Assembly: GCA_028287345.1 (NCBI GenBank)
Contig: JAQBPV010000218.1
Coordinates: 13,681 to 77,680, forward strand
DNA: 64,000 nt
Direction: 5' to 3'
Source of the DNA: Gemmatimonadota bacterium
GTDB taxonomy: Bacteria; Gemmatimonadota; Gemmatimonadetes; Gemmatimonadales; Gemmatimonadaceae
Under the pieces are notes generated by a model. The model was not told the DNA's origin. It ran no database searches and saw nothing but the letters and a program-made list of their open reading frames with translations. Made by a program: the position numbers and the translations under genes. Below are positions 55,333-64,000 of this stretch, one piece after another (within the stretch, counting starts at the first letter, position 1; each line of letters begins with the position of its first letter).

Positions 55333-56445
55333 ATGCGCTTGACCCCACTGCGGATGAGCGCTGTTAGTTCCCGTCCGACGATGGAGTGTTGTATGGAGTC
55401 CAATGTCGCACACTGCGCCCTCGACGACGCTCGTGAGTTCGTTCGAGCGGAGTCACCCACGCGGATTGGACATGCGGGAACGAGGCCAGTCCCGCAGAGG
55501 TACGAGGCGGCTCATACACGACTCGCGATCGGGGTCAGTCCGCAATGGCGGGCCGTATTGAAACAGGCGAGTCAGGTCGCCGCGACGGAAGCCACGACCT
55601 GCCTGAGAGGCGAGTCTGGCACGGGGAAGGAAGTCGTCGCCCGATTCATTCACGACGCGTCGCCGCGCAAGCACGGTCCATTCATCGCAATCAACTGCGC
55701 GGCGCTCCCGGAAACGCTTGTCGAATCGGAATTGTTCGGCTTCGAACGTGGAGCCTTCACTGGAGCCCAATACCCAAAGCCTGGCCACATTGAATTGGCA
55801 GAGAGCGGGGTGCTGTTTCTCGACGAAGTCACGGAGATGCCATTGACCGCGCAAGCGAAGTTGCTGCGCGTGCTACAGGAGCGCCAATTCTACCGCCTGG
55901 GCGGAACACGACCCATCACGATGAATGCGCGCGTGATTGCGGCCACGAATCAGGACTTGAAAAAAGCAGTCGCGGAGGGACGGTTTCGGCAGGACCTGTA
56001 CTATCGAATCAACGTCTTCGACATAAGAATCCCACCGTTACGCGAACGAGGCCTGGACATCCTACTGCTCGCTGAGCACTTCCTCAGTGGCATTGCGCGT
56101 GGTAACGACCGGCGCGCGCAGTTGACGACGAACGCCGAGGAGGCGCTGCTCGCCTATCACTGGCCAGGAAACGTCCGCGAACTTCGCAACGCGATCGAAC
56201 GGGCAACCATCGTGTGCGAAGGAGCGTCGATTGACGCCGAACATCTCTCGCTCGCCGACAGGGATGATACTCCCGCGTTGCGAAGTACCGATCTCGGCGT
56301 CCTCGAGCAACAGGCAATTGAGCAAGCGATGCGCGAAGTCGCCGGCAACAAGGCGCGAGCGGCTCAGAGACTTGGGATATCCCGTACGCAGCTGTATGGC
56401 CGACTGCGCAAGTACGAACTCGAACGCGTCTGCCCACACAAGTGA
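55333..56445 (+). CDS. Sigma-54-dependent activator lacking a receiver/sensor domain (AAA+ + HTH only)
   Basis: [18 protein letters not shown] (Walker A), [14 protein letters not shown]-terminal [20 protein letters not shown]. Only ~70 aa precede the AAA+ core. Start is uncertain (55333, 55381 or 55393). Confidence 0.8.
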   Translation: MRLTPLRMSAVSSRPTMECCMESNVAHCALDDAREFVRAESPTRIGHAGTRPVPQRYEAAHTRLAIGVSPQWRAVLKQASQVAATEATTCLRGESGTGKEVVARFIHDASPRKHGPFIAINCAALPETLVESELFGFERGAFTGAQYPKPGHIELAESGVLFLDEVTEMPLTAQAKLLRVLQERQFYRLGGTRPITMNARVIAATNQDLKKAVAEGRFRQDLYYRINVFDIRIPPLRERGLDILLLAEHFLSGIARGNDRRAQLTTNAEEALLAYHWPGNVRELRNAIERATIVCEGASIDAEHLSLADRDDTPALRSTDLGVLEQQAIEQAMREVAGNKARAAQRLGISRTQLYGRLRKYELERVCPHK

Positions 56446-56795
56446 GCCGATAGCCTCTGCTCCCGACGCAGTCGGCGGTAATGAGCAGGGCCCGCGCCTC
56501 GGATAGAGCCGCCGCGCTACTGTCTGTCCTCACTCCGCGCGCAAGCCACGTCAACTTCCATCGAGCGAAGTCTCTGCGAGAGATGACGCGTGCATCTGTA
56601 TCATCGCGGAGGTCGACTGCATGGACTGAGCGTCTCCACGGACAGAGGAGTGCGCAACTATGTGTGAATTTCGCACCACGGAGTGGAACAACCAGCGAGA
56701 ACGTTCGTTAACTCGCGCACACCCTTTGCCAAAATGCGCGATGCGTTCACGAGGTAAAAGGCGCTGGACCGATGAGCCACTCAAAGGAGGATATC

Positions 56796-58025
56796 ATGAC
56801 CGCGACCGCGACACGGCAACGCAACAAGCAAGCAACTGACATCACGACCACGATTCGCCCGTTTCGTTTCGAGGCTACAGACGCCGAACTCGACGAACTG
56901 CGCAGGCGCATCACGGAGACGCGATTCCCGGAGAAGGAAACTGTCGCCGATCCGTCGCAGGGCGTGCAACTCGCCCTCGTCCAAGCGCTCGCGCGGTATT
57001 GGGCGACCGATTACAACTGGCGGAGGTGCGAAGCGCGACTGAACTCTCATCCCCAGTTCATCACCGAGATCGACGGCTTGGATATCCACTTCATTCACGT
57101 CCGCTCGAGACATGAAGATGCCATGCCGCTCATCGTCACCCACGGCTGGCCTGGCTCACCCATCGAGCAACTAAAGATCATCGATCCGCTGACCAACCCC
57201 ACGGCTCACGGCGCCAGCGCGTCGGACGCCTTCCACGTGGTGATCCCGTCGATGGCCGGCTACGGGTTTTCAGGCAAGCCCACTGCGCCGGGTTGGGACC
57301 CCGCTCGCATGGCGCGGGCGTGGGTGGAGTTGATGAAGCGCCTCGGGTACAGCCGATTCGCGGCGCAAGGCGGTGATTGGGGTGGCTTCGTCACGAACCT
57401 GATGGCGCAACAGGCACCTCCGGAGTTGATCGGCATCCATGTGAACTTCTCCGGTGCCGCGCCCCCGGACGTTGCCAAGGCGCTTCAGTCTGGGGGGCCG
57501 CCGCCGGCCGATCTCTCGGCTGAGGAGCAGCGGGCATACGAGCAGATGGCGTTCCTTTACCAGCACGTCCCGACGCAGATCATGATGGCCGCACACCCGC
57601 AAACCCTGTACGGGTTGGCGGACTCGCCCGTCGCCCTTGCCGCCTGGATGATCGACCACGACGTGGCCAGCTACGGGCACATTGCGAAACTCTTTCTCGA
57701 TGGGGAGCCCTACGGCGACCTCACACGGGACGACATCCTCGACAACATCACCCTTTCCTGGTTGACGAACACTGGCGTGTCCTGCGCTCGTCTCTATCAT
57801 GAATACAAGGGCGCCTTCTTCAGCGACTACAACATCACCGTTCCGGCTGCCGTTAGCGTCTTCCCTGAAGAGGTCTACCAGGCTCCGCGGAGTTGGACCG
57901 AGCGCGCCTACCACAATCTCATGCATTTCAATGTCCTCCCCAAAGGCGGACACTTTGCCGCCTGGGAACAGCCGCAACTCTTCTCAGAAGAGCTACGCAT
58001 CGGCTTCAGGTCGCTGCGCGGATAG
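56796..58025 (+). CDS. Epoxide hydrolase (EHN N-terminal domain + alpha/beta hydrolase), cytoplasmic
   Basis: ATG 56796 with AAAGGAGG upstream. [20 protein letters not shown]...[11 protein letters not shown]...THGWPGS, GGDWGG nucleophile motif. Confidence 0.85.
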   Translation: MTATATRQRNKQATDITTTIRPFRFEATDAELDELRRRITETRFPEKETVADPSQGVQLALVQALARYWATDYNWRRCEARLNSHPQFITEIDGLDIHFIHVRSRHEDAMPLIVTHGWPGSPIEQLKIIDPLTNPTAHGASASDAFHVVIPSMAGYGFSGKPTAPGWDPARMARAWVELMKRLGYSRFAAQGGDWGGFVTNLMAQQAPPELIGIHVNFSGAAPPDVAKALQSGGPPPADLSAEEQRAYEQMAFLYQHVPTQIMMAAHPQTLYGLADSPVALAAWMIDHDVASYGHIAKLFLDGEPYGDLTRDDILDNITLSWLTNTGVSCARLYHEYKGAFFSDYNITVPAAVSVFPEEVYQAPRSWTERAYHNLMHFNVLPKGGHFAAWEQPQLFSEELRIGFRSLRG

Positions 58026-58065
58026 CCAATAGGGGCGGACAAACTCATTGCAAGGAGAGTATCAC

Positions 58066-58662
58066 ATGTCACGCAATGCCTCCAACATCACCCTCGCCGT
58101 CGCCTTGTTGTCGACGCTCGCCATTCCAGCGGACGGACAGTCGCTGTCGCCATCCGCCTTTCGAGTTCGTCCACTCGTCGGTGCGCTCGTCCCGACTGGC
58201 GACGAGCGCGCTCAGCTCAAGGACGCCGTTCTGGTTGGTGCACAAGGGTCCTACAAGATCAACCAGAACGTGGCCGTCGTTGGCGCACTCGGTTGGTCAC
58301 AGAGCGAGGACAAGGCATCCGTGGCGCGGCCGACGGTCGATCTCTATCAGTACGACATCGGGATCGAGGCGAGCTTGAACAATCTCACACCGACGGCGGG
58401 CATCTCGACGCGTCCGTATGCGGTCGCTGGCGGTGGCGGGCGCACGTATGATCTTCGCCACACCGTTGGTTCAGGCAGCCAGACCAATCCGCTCGGTTAC
58501 GGCGCAGTGGGCCTCGATCTGAACGAGACCACCGATCGCATCGGTCTTCGCCTCGAGGCGCGCGACAACGTTACGGGATTCAGGGGTCTTCGTGGCGAAC
58601 TTCGCGACCGCAGGGCACGCAATGATCTGCAGTTCGCAGCGGGACTGACCTTTGGTTTCTGA
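58066..58662 (+). CDS. Small outer-membrane beta-barrel protein
   Basis: Signal peptide MSRNASNITLAVALLSTLAIPADGQ, alternating strands, C-terminal ...LQFAAGLTFGF (terminal Phe). RBS AAGGAGAG. Confidence 0.65.
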   Translation: MSRNASNITLAVALLSTLAIPADGQSLSPSAFRVRPLVGALVPTGDERAQLKDAVLVGAQGSYKINQNVAVVGALGWSQSEDKASVARPTVDLYQYDIGIEASLNNLTPTAGISTRPYAVAGGGGRTYDLRHTVGSGSQTNPLGYGAVGLDLNETTDRIGLRLEARDNVTGFRGLRGELRDRRARNDLQFAAGLTFGF

Positions 58663-58845
58663 CGCCCGAGCCTGTCGGCGCCGGCGCGGACTGATCTGCC
58701 ATTCGAGTCCGCGTCGGCGCATTCGCTTCGTGCCGGCTGAGAATGCAGACCACTACCATAGTGCAATATGCGTTCGGCCGCGCACGTGCTTAATGATGTG
58801 CAAGAGCATGATGTTCGAAATGAGGCAGCAGACGAGGGTGAGACG

Positions 58846-60219
58846 ATGGATACAACGATGTCACAGCTGCAAAGCCCAGATGACTTCAGCAAGGACTCGT
58901 TCAACCCAGGGTTCGATCCGCGCCAGCAGGAAGTGTCGGCAAATCTGCGAGCGAGCCATCAATCGCTGAGCACTGCGCTGGCCGACGCGGAAACCGTGGC
59001 GCTGCACATGATGCAACTTCAGGAGGTCACCGCGGCTCTCTCGAAGGCGCGGACGGAGGACGAGGTTGCGGATATCGTACTTCGCATGGGACTCGGCGTC
59101 GTCGCGGGCGTCGCCGGTGTACTCGCGCGAGTGGATGGAGAGAGCTTCCAGAGGATTGCCGCCGTCGGATTCGCACCCGAGCTGCAGGAACGCGTGCTGG
59201 CGATGACGCGCGCCGACGAATGTCCGCTCATCTCGGTGGCGAAAAGCGGCGAGCAGCTTTGGCTCAGATCGAGGGATGAGCACGTCAATTCCTTCGGGCT
59301 CGTGTACGAACGACTCGGAATACCAGCTCCGGAGGCATCGGCGGCAGTGCCGCTCTTCCACGGCAGCGAGATCGTCGGCGTGCTCAGTGTGATCTTCGAG
59401 AACGCATCGGCCTTTGGCGCTGTCAAGCAGGCCTTCACGCTGCTCCTTGCGCAGGTCGCCGCCGACGCACTCGCCCGTGCGCGCAGTTACGACGTCGAGC
59501 GAGGAGCCAGGCGTGGCGCGGAAAGCATCGCGCAGGCACGCGCCGACGTGCTCGCGATCGTAGCCCACGATCTCCGCAATCCCCTCAGCGTCATCTCGTC
59601 GAGCAGTGCTCTCCTACTCGAGATGGACGAACTGCCGATAGGGCAGCGGCGGAAGCTACTCGAGACGACCCAACGTGCAGCACGGCGAATGAATCGTCTG
59701 ATCGGCGACCTACTTGACGCGACGCGTCTGCAGGCTGGCCGGCTCACACTCGAGCTTCGCGATGTGGATGCGTGCAAGATCATACGCGAATCCGAAGAGA
59801 CCCTTGGGCCCTCCGCAGCGGAGCGCCATATCGATCTGCGGGTGTTCGCACCAGACAGCGACTGCTGGGTGCGGGCCGACGAGGGTCGCCTCCTTCAGGT
59901 CATTGGGAATCTTGTCGGCAATGCACTCAAGTTCACCACCGAGGGCGGGCGTGTCACGTTATCCGCTGAGCGCCGTGAATGTGAAGTCGTCTTCAATGTG
60001 TCGGACAACGGACCGGGCATTCCTGCCGAGGATCAGTCGCGCCTGTTCGAAAGCTTCTGGCAGGCGCGGAGCGGTGACAGTCGCGGCGTCGGTCTCGGAC
60101 TGTCCATCACGAAAGACCTCGTCAGTGCGCTCGAGGGACGCCTGTGGGTCGACAGCGTCGTGGGGAGCGGAAGCACTTTCGCATTCGCGCTTCCGTCGGC
60201 TCAAGCTACGCAGCACTGA
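58846..60219 (+). CDS. GAF-domain sensor histidine kinase (HisKA class)
   Basis: GAF-like N-terminal half. VLAIVAHDLRNPLS (H-box), GNLVGNALKFT (N-box), DNGPGI, GVGLGLSI. Start is uncertain (58768 or 58846). Confidence 0.85.
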   Translation: MDTTMSQLQSPDDFSKDSFNPGFDPRQQEVSANLRASHQSLSTALADAETVALHMMQLQEVTAALSKARTEDEVADIVLRMGLGVVAGVAGVLARVDGESFQRIAAVGFAPELQERVLAMTRADECPLISVAKSGEQLWLRSRDEHVNSFGLVYERLGIPAPEASAAVPLFHGSEIVGVLSVIFENASAFGAVKQAFTLLLAQVAADALARARSYDVERGARRGAESIAQARADVLAIVAHDLRNPLSVISSSSALLLEMDELPIGQRRKLLETTQRAARRMNRLIGDLLDATRLQAGRLTLELRDVDACKIIRESEETLGPSAAERHIDLRVFAPDSDCWVRADEGRLLQVIGNLVGNALKFTTEGGRVTLSAERRECEVVFNVSDNGPGIPAEDQSRLFESFWQARSGDSRGVGLGLSITKDLVSALEGRLWVDSVVGSGSTFAFALPSAQATQH

Positions 60220-60510
60220 TCCTCGTCTGCTGGTGGGGTCCGGCATTGACGGAAGCAGAAGCGCCAATGAGCAGAAGCCCACTGCGGGGTGATCATGGAC
60301 ACGATGCCAGGCATTATCACGAACTGTCGTTGTTGTCGATCGCCTTGGCTTCCATTGCGACGCCGGAGCACAAGGTCGCGGAGCTTCAGGCTCAGATCGC
60401 CGCGTGCCGCGAGCTGTCGACGTCATTGGCAATCGGCGACGATCCCAGGTAGCTGACGGAACAACCCCCGCAACGGCATCGTCTGGTTCCGATTTATTCG
60501 ACAATGACTA

Positions 60511-60894
60511 TCAGCCAGCTCTGAGAGCGGCGTTGACTGCACGACGCAGCGCGGTGTCCGCGAACGGCTTGAACAGACAGTCTACGGCACCAGCAGCAAA
60601 CACGCGAGCGCGCACAGTGTCATTTGCCTCGCCAGTGATGAACACGATGGGAATCGCGCGCGGGCCACGTGCCAGCACCTTTTGTAGCTCGAGACCACTC
60701 ATTCCGGGCATGGCAACGTCGAGGAGCAGGCAGTCGACGCGCTCGAGGAGGCCAGACTCCAAGAAGCCTTGGGCGGACGCGAATACCTCGGCGTCGAAGC
60801 CGAACTCGCGGAGAAGGAGTGGCAAGTACTCGCGCATCGACAGGTCATCATCGACGACGACCACTAGCGCCCGCGCTGCCGAGCCATGAGGCAT
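60511..60894 (-). CDS. Single-domain (CheY-like) response regulator
   Basis: LVVVVDDDLSMREYL...DCLLLDVAMPGMSGLELQ...PIVFITGE...FKPF. 127 aa. Confidence 0.85.
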   Translation of the reverse strand: MPHGSAARALVVVVDDDLSMREYLPLLLREFGFDAEVFASAQGFLESGLLERVDCLLLDVAMPGMSGLELQKVLARGPRAIPIVFITGEANDTVRARVFAAGAVDCLFKPFADTALRRAVNAALRAG

Positions 60895-60934
60895 CGGTCC
60901 GTTGGTGGAAGTCTCCGTCCCGTTGCGCGCGCCG

Positions 60935-61609
60935 TCAGGTACTTGAGTCAGGCGTCGGTAGAATGTGAAGATGACCTGCCTGAGTCACCAGATCGGCCAG
61001 TGATGCCGCATGCATCTTGCGCATCATGTGGCCTCGATGCGCCTTGACTGTGAGCTCACTGATGCCAAGCGCCGCGCCGATCTGCTTGTTGAGGCGCCCG
61101 GCCACGACGAGCGTAAGTATCTCTCGTTCGCGACCGGTCAGCATGGAATAGTCATGGCGTAAGACTTGGAGTCGTTCCTCGCGGGCGATGCCAATCTCGC
61201 TACGACCGAGCGCGTTGCCAATTGCCGCCCGAAGTACGTCCTCCTCCCAGGGCTTGGTCAAGAACTCGAACGCACCTTCCTTCATCGCACGAACGGTGAT
61301 CGGTACGTCGCCGTGTCCAGTGAGAAAGATGATCGGCATCGTCATCCGATCCGCCGCAATACGGTTCTGCAGATCCAGACCATTGAGGTCGGGCAGGTAG
61401 ACGTCCAGCACGAGACAGCTCGGCACGCGTGTGCGCGGAAACGCGAGAAAGTCATTCGCAGAGGCGAAGGTCACCGGTTGCCAACCTTCGTACCGAATCA
61501 CGGATGCGAGCGCCTCGCGTACGGAGATGTCGTCATCGACGACAAATACCACCGGTACATGCGAACGCGGCGTCAGCGCTGATGCGTGCGAAGGCTTCCC
61601 GGGTTCCAT
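60935..61609 (-). CDS. FixJ/LuxR-family response regulator
   Basis: VVFVVDDDISVREAL...CLVLDVYLPDLNGLDLQ receiver domain. LTGREREILTLVVAGRLNKQIGAALGISELTVKAHRGHMMRKM HTH. I prefer the M at 61609 over the ORF-track start at 61672. Confidence 0.85.
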   Translation of the reverse strand: MEPGKPSHASALTPRSHVPVVFVVDDDISVREALASVIRYEGWQPVTFASANDFLAFPRTRVPSCLVLDVYLPDLNGLDLQNRIAADRMTMPIIFLTGHGDVPITVRAMKEGAFEFLTKPWEEDVLRAAIGNALGRSEIGIAREERLQVLRHDYSMLTGREREILTLVVAGRLNKQIGAALGISELTVKAHRGHMMRKMHAASLADLVTQAGHLHILPTPDSST

Positions 61610-61899
61610 GAAATCTCGCTGCGTGGTACCTGATCTCAAAGCAATGTGGCGCCTCTCGCGCCGGCACCGCAACCGCTACCTAGGTCGCGGGCGCGTGTTC
61701 ATGCGATGCGGCGACTACGCAGTCTTCAAGAGTATCGACACTCGACGCCACGATGACCGTCGCGACCTAAGTAGCGATCGCGACCTTCGTGCTATATGAC
61801 CGTTGCCTCGTCTCCCGGAGATTCTCGCCGCGGACCTCACTTCGGCATCCTCACACGAGGACGCATACCGCGAACAACTCTACCTACTCGGGGGCGCAC

Positions 61900-63348
61900 A
61901 TGAAAAACATTAACACGAGGACTGGCGGTAGTGCGAGAGCGGCACCGCTGGTCCAGGACAGCAACAGCCTCCTTGTCCATCTGCATTGCGTGGGATTGGT
62001 CTTCTGTCTGTCAGTCTCGATGACCGTCCACGCTCAAGCGACTTCCCCGAGCGACAACGCTCGCGGCACACTCAACCGGACCGAGAACATGACCGCGCTC
62101 AATACGGTGGACGCGCTCCGCACGACGCCATCGCCGGCGACTCCCAAGGACGATCAATCCATTCGACCGTTCCACGTACACTTCTCGGACGAAGCTCTTG
62201 CCGACCTTCGCCGACGCGTTCAGGCAACGAATTGGCCCGATCGTGAGACGGTCAACGATCCGTCGCAGGGCGTGCAACTCGCGACGATTCAGAATCTCGC
62301 AAAGTACTGGGCGACGTCGTACGACTGGCGCAAGGTGGAGGCACGGCTGAACGCGCTTCCGCAATTCGTCACGACGATCGATGGGTTGGACATTCACTTC
62401 ATTCACGTGCGTTCGGCACACAAGAATGCCCTTCCGATGATCATCACGCACGGATGGCCGGGTTCCATCATCGAGCAGATGAAGATCATCGATCCACTCA
62501 CCAACCCGACCGCGCACGGCGCCAAAGCCGAAGACGCCTTTGACGTAGTGATTCCATCGATGCCGGGCTACGGCTTTTCTGGCAAGCCAACCTCGGGAGG
62601 CTGGGACGCCGTCCATATTGCGCGTGCGTGGGCGGAGCTGATGAAACGACTTGGGTACACGCGATATGTGGCCCAGGGAGGCGATTGGGGCGCTGTGGTA
62701 ACCGAAATGATGGCTCTGCAGACGCCGCCAGGATTGATCGGCATTCACGTCAACATGCCCGGTGCGATTCCAGTCGACATCGACAAGGCCGCGGCTTCCG
62801 GCGCGGCGGCGCCACCGGGCCTCTCCGCCGAGGAAAGGCACGCGTACGACCAGCTGGCCTTCGTCTACACAAAGGGCATCGGCTACGCCTATCAGTTGGG
62901 GTTGCATCCGCAGACAATGATCGGAATCGCGGATTCACCCGTTGGCCTCGCGGCATACCTCATCGACCACGACCTGCGTAGCTACGAAATGATCGCGCGT
63001 GTCTTTGCCGGAGAGCGCGAGGGGCTCACACGGGACGACCTGCTCGACAACATCACCCTCACCTGGTTGACCGGGACGGGAATTTCATCCGGTCGGCTCT
63101 ATTGGGAGAACAAGCAGCCGTTCTTCAGTGTCAAAGGCGTCACTCTCCCAGTCGCGGTGAGCGCCTTTCCGGATGAGCTGTACCAGACGCCACGGAGTTG
63201 GGCGGAGCGGGCGTTTCCCAAGCTCATATTCTACCACAAGCTCGACAAAGGTGGCCACTTCGCTGCGTGGGAGCAGCCGCAGCTTCTCACGGAGGATCTG
63301 CGCGAGGGCTTGCGATCCCTGCGCTCGACGAATTCAGCATCACGCTAG
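61900..63348 (+). CDS. Epoxide hydrolase paralog with N-terminal signal/anchor and ~60-aa linker
   Basis: ATG 61900. Hydrophobic LVHLHCVGLVFCLSVSMTVHAQA. From IRPFHVHFSDEALADLRRRV onward it is collinear with the 56796 gene and roughly 65-70% identical by eye. Confidence 0.8.
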   Translation: MKNINTRTGGSARAAPLVQDSNSLLVHLHCVGLVFCLSVSMTVHAQATSPSDNARGTLNRTENMTALNTVDALRTTPSPATPKDDQSIRPFHVHFSDEALADLRRRVQATNWPDRETVNDPSQGVQLATIQNLAKYWATSYDWRKVEARLNALPQFVTTIDGLDIHFIHVRSAHKNALPMIITHGWPGSIIEQMKIIDPLTNPTAHGAKAEDAFDVVIPSMPGYGFSGKPTSGGWDAVHIARAWAELMKRLGYTRYVAQGGDWGAVVTEMMALQTPPGLIGIHVNMPGAIPVDIDKAAASGAAAPPGLSAEERHAYDQLAFVYTKGIGYAYQLGLHPQTMIGIADSPVGLAAYLIDHDLRSYEMIARVFAGEREGLTRDDLLDNITLTWLTGTGISSGRLYWENKQPFFSVKGVTLPVAVSAFPDELYQTPRSWAERAFPKLIFYHKLDKGGHFAAWEQPQLLTEDLREGLRSLRSTNSASR

Positions 63349-63361
63349 TGCGTATGACACA

Positions 63362-63388
63362 GCGGCGCGCACATAAGGTGCGCGCCGC
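63362..63388. terminator. Strong GC hairpin between convergent genes (candidate bidirectional terminator)
   Basis: GCGGCGCGCAC-ataag-GTGCGCGCCGC, an 11-bp perfect stem. It lies 14 nt after the epoxide hydrolase stop and ~50 nt from the convergent kinase stop. No clear U-tract. Confidence 0.45.
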
Positions 63389-63440
63389 CCCGGGGGCGTC
63401 ATCGATCACGCTTTCCAGCGCACTGCTCACCGCACAGACG

Positions 63441-64000
63441 CTAGGTGAGCTGAGTATCGCTCACCGAAGGCAACTGATGCGTCTGCAGGCCCTGTTCTCC
63501 CACGACAACTCCAGGCGGACAGGGAAGGGAGAACGAGAATGTGGCTCCCGGTCCATCATTCTGAGTTGCCCACAGGCGGCCATGATGACTGTCGATAATG
63601 GAGCGGCTGATGGACAGCCCCATGCCCATGCCGTCATCCTTGGTCGTGTAGAAGGCACCAAAGAGCCTGTCGACGGCCACGGAATCCAATCCGACACCAG
63701 AATCCTGCACGTCCAGGCACACGCAATCGCCACCCCGTCGTTCGGTTCTGATCACCAATAGCCTCGGACGATCGTCAACGCCGCTCATCGCGTCGCGAGC
63801 GTTGAGGAGCAGATTCAGAATGACCTGTTGTAGCTGAACACGATCCCCCATGACATGCGGGAGGTCAGTGGCATGCTCAGCTCGAACAGCCACTTGCTCC
63901 TTCTGCAACTCACCCAACGAAAGAGCGATGACCTCTCGCGTGAGTTCGTTCAGATCGAGGGATTCCGTTACAGTCTCTTTCCTGCCGAAGAGGGCCCGCA
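63441..64000 (-). CDS. Sensor histidine kinase, C-terminal HATPase_c part (N-terminus outside window)
   Basis: The reverse frame is open to the window edge (...FGRKETVTESLDLNELTREVIALS...). GDRVQLQQVILNLLLNARDAM (N-box), VQDSGVGL, GMGMGLSISRSI, GPGATFSFSLP. Confidence 0.85.
   Translation of the reverse strand, partial: RALFGRKETVTESLDLNELTREVIALSLGELQKEQVAVRAEHATDLPHVMGDRVQLQQVILNLLLNARDAMSGVDDRPRLLVIRTERRGGDCVCLDVQDSGVGLDSVAVDRLFGAFYTTKDDGMGMGLSISRSIIDSHHGRLWATQNDGPGATFSFSLPCPPGVVVGEQGLQTHQLPSVSDTQLT

Noticed and set aside
55236-55460. 74-aa minus-strand ORF with faint tyrosine-recombinase-like text (…[22 protein letters not shown]…)
   Set aside because: It is too short and too weak to call. 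It overlaps the end of the STAS-like ORF and the start of the bEBP ORF on the + strand, and no catalytic R/H/R/Y residues can be identified.
56684-56699. Sigma-54 promoter upstream of the first epoxide hydrolase (TGGAACAACCAGCGAG)
   Set aside because: It shares an 11-mer with the 41216 candidate, but GC follows GG after 8 nt rather than 10 and there is no TTGC. A second nearby string (GCGCACACCCTTTGCC) has CG instead of GG at -24. Neither meets the invariant spacing.
58026-58065. Sigma-54-like GGCGGACAAACTCATTGCA upstream of the OM beta-barrel gene
   Set aside because: The GG-to-GC spacing is 11, not 10. A transcript starting ~12 nt after the -12 element would also exclude the AAGGAGAG ribosome-binding site.
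60267-60452. Possible 61-aa small ORF (MSRSPLRGDHGHDARHYHELSLL...) between the GAF kinase and the response regulators
   Set aside because: No clear RBS and no recognisable motif. Conservation cannot be assessed from this window.
1-64000. CRISPR arrays, rRNA genes, integrases/transposases, prophage structural genes
   Set aside because: Visual scanning found no regularly spaced direct repeats, no rRNA-like segments, and no ORF with recombinase or transposase motifs. The island therefore has scars but no recognisable mobility gene inside this window.

Overview
High-GC bacterial chromosomal segment, probably from a soil lineage rich in sigma-54 regulators such as Gemmatimonadota or Acidobacteriota (taxon is a guess). 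Nearly all genes are on the + strand. All calls come from reading the ORF translations and the raw sequence by eye. No searches, HMMs, folding or GC statistics were run, so family names are motif-based inferences.

Layout:
(1) 1-15.3 kb is an accessory, defence-island-like region with three modules. (a) A 5'-truncated thermolysin-like Zn protease, a translationally coupled ComEC-type MBL-fold hydrolase, and a 2-TM coiled-coil membrane protein. (b) After a decayed 2-TM gene and an MBL remnant, a visibly lower-GC four-gene operon with overlapping stops and starts: M29 aminopeptidase-like, AAA/STAND-type ATPase, Walker-degenerate ATPase paralog, second ComEC-type MBL hydrolase. I cannot match this to any named defence system and it is my top candidate for something undescribed. 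(c) A Septu-like pair in which the PtuA-type ABC ATPase carries an extra N-terminal HNH domain lacking the catalytic His, followed by a 4-nt-overlapping intact PtuB-type HNH gene.
(2) 15.3-16.5 kb is a scarred junction: two tRNA T-arm-like repeats bracketing a carboxylesterase C-terminal remnant.
(3) 16.5-22.1 kb holds two HisKA_3 sensor kinases flanking a NarL-type regulator.
(4) 22.9-29.3 kb is an RND efflux operon plus a secreted isochorismatase-like protein.
(5) 29.4-48.7 kb holds redox and detoxification genes (fused IorA-IorB Mo-oxidoreductase + CDGSH protein, GMC oxidoreductase, esterase, NmrA, MDR, SDRs, SnoaL-like proteins, RutE-like, WrbA). It includes two frameshifted genes (pirin, DUF922) and a PAS sigma-54 activator.
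(6) 49-56.4 kb holds a 1,941-aa kinase-like/STAND ATPase/GAF/PAS/sigma-54 AAA+/HTH fusion. It is followed by a near-consensus sigma-54 promoter, a small STAS-like ORF and a receiver-less sigma-54 activator.
(7) 56.8-64 kb holds two paralogous epoxide hydrolases, an OM beta-barrel protein and two-component genes.

A roughly 90-nt intergenic element with an 18-bp TATC-N10-GATA core recurs four times upstream of detox operons. No rRNA, intact tRNA, CRISPR array, integrase or transposase was recognised.
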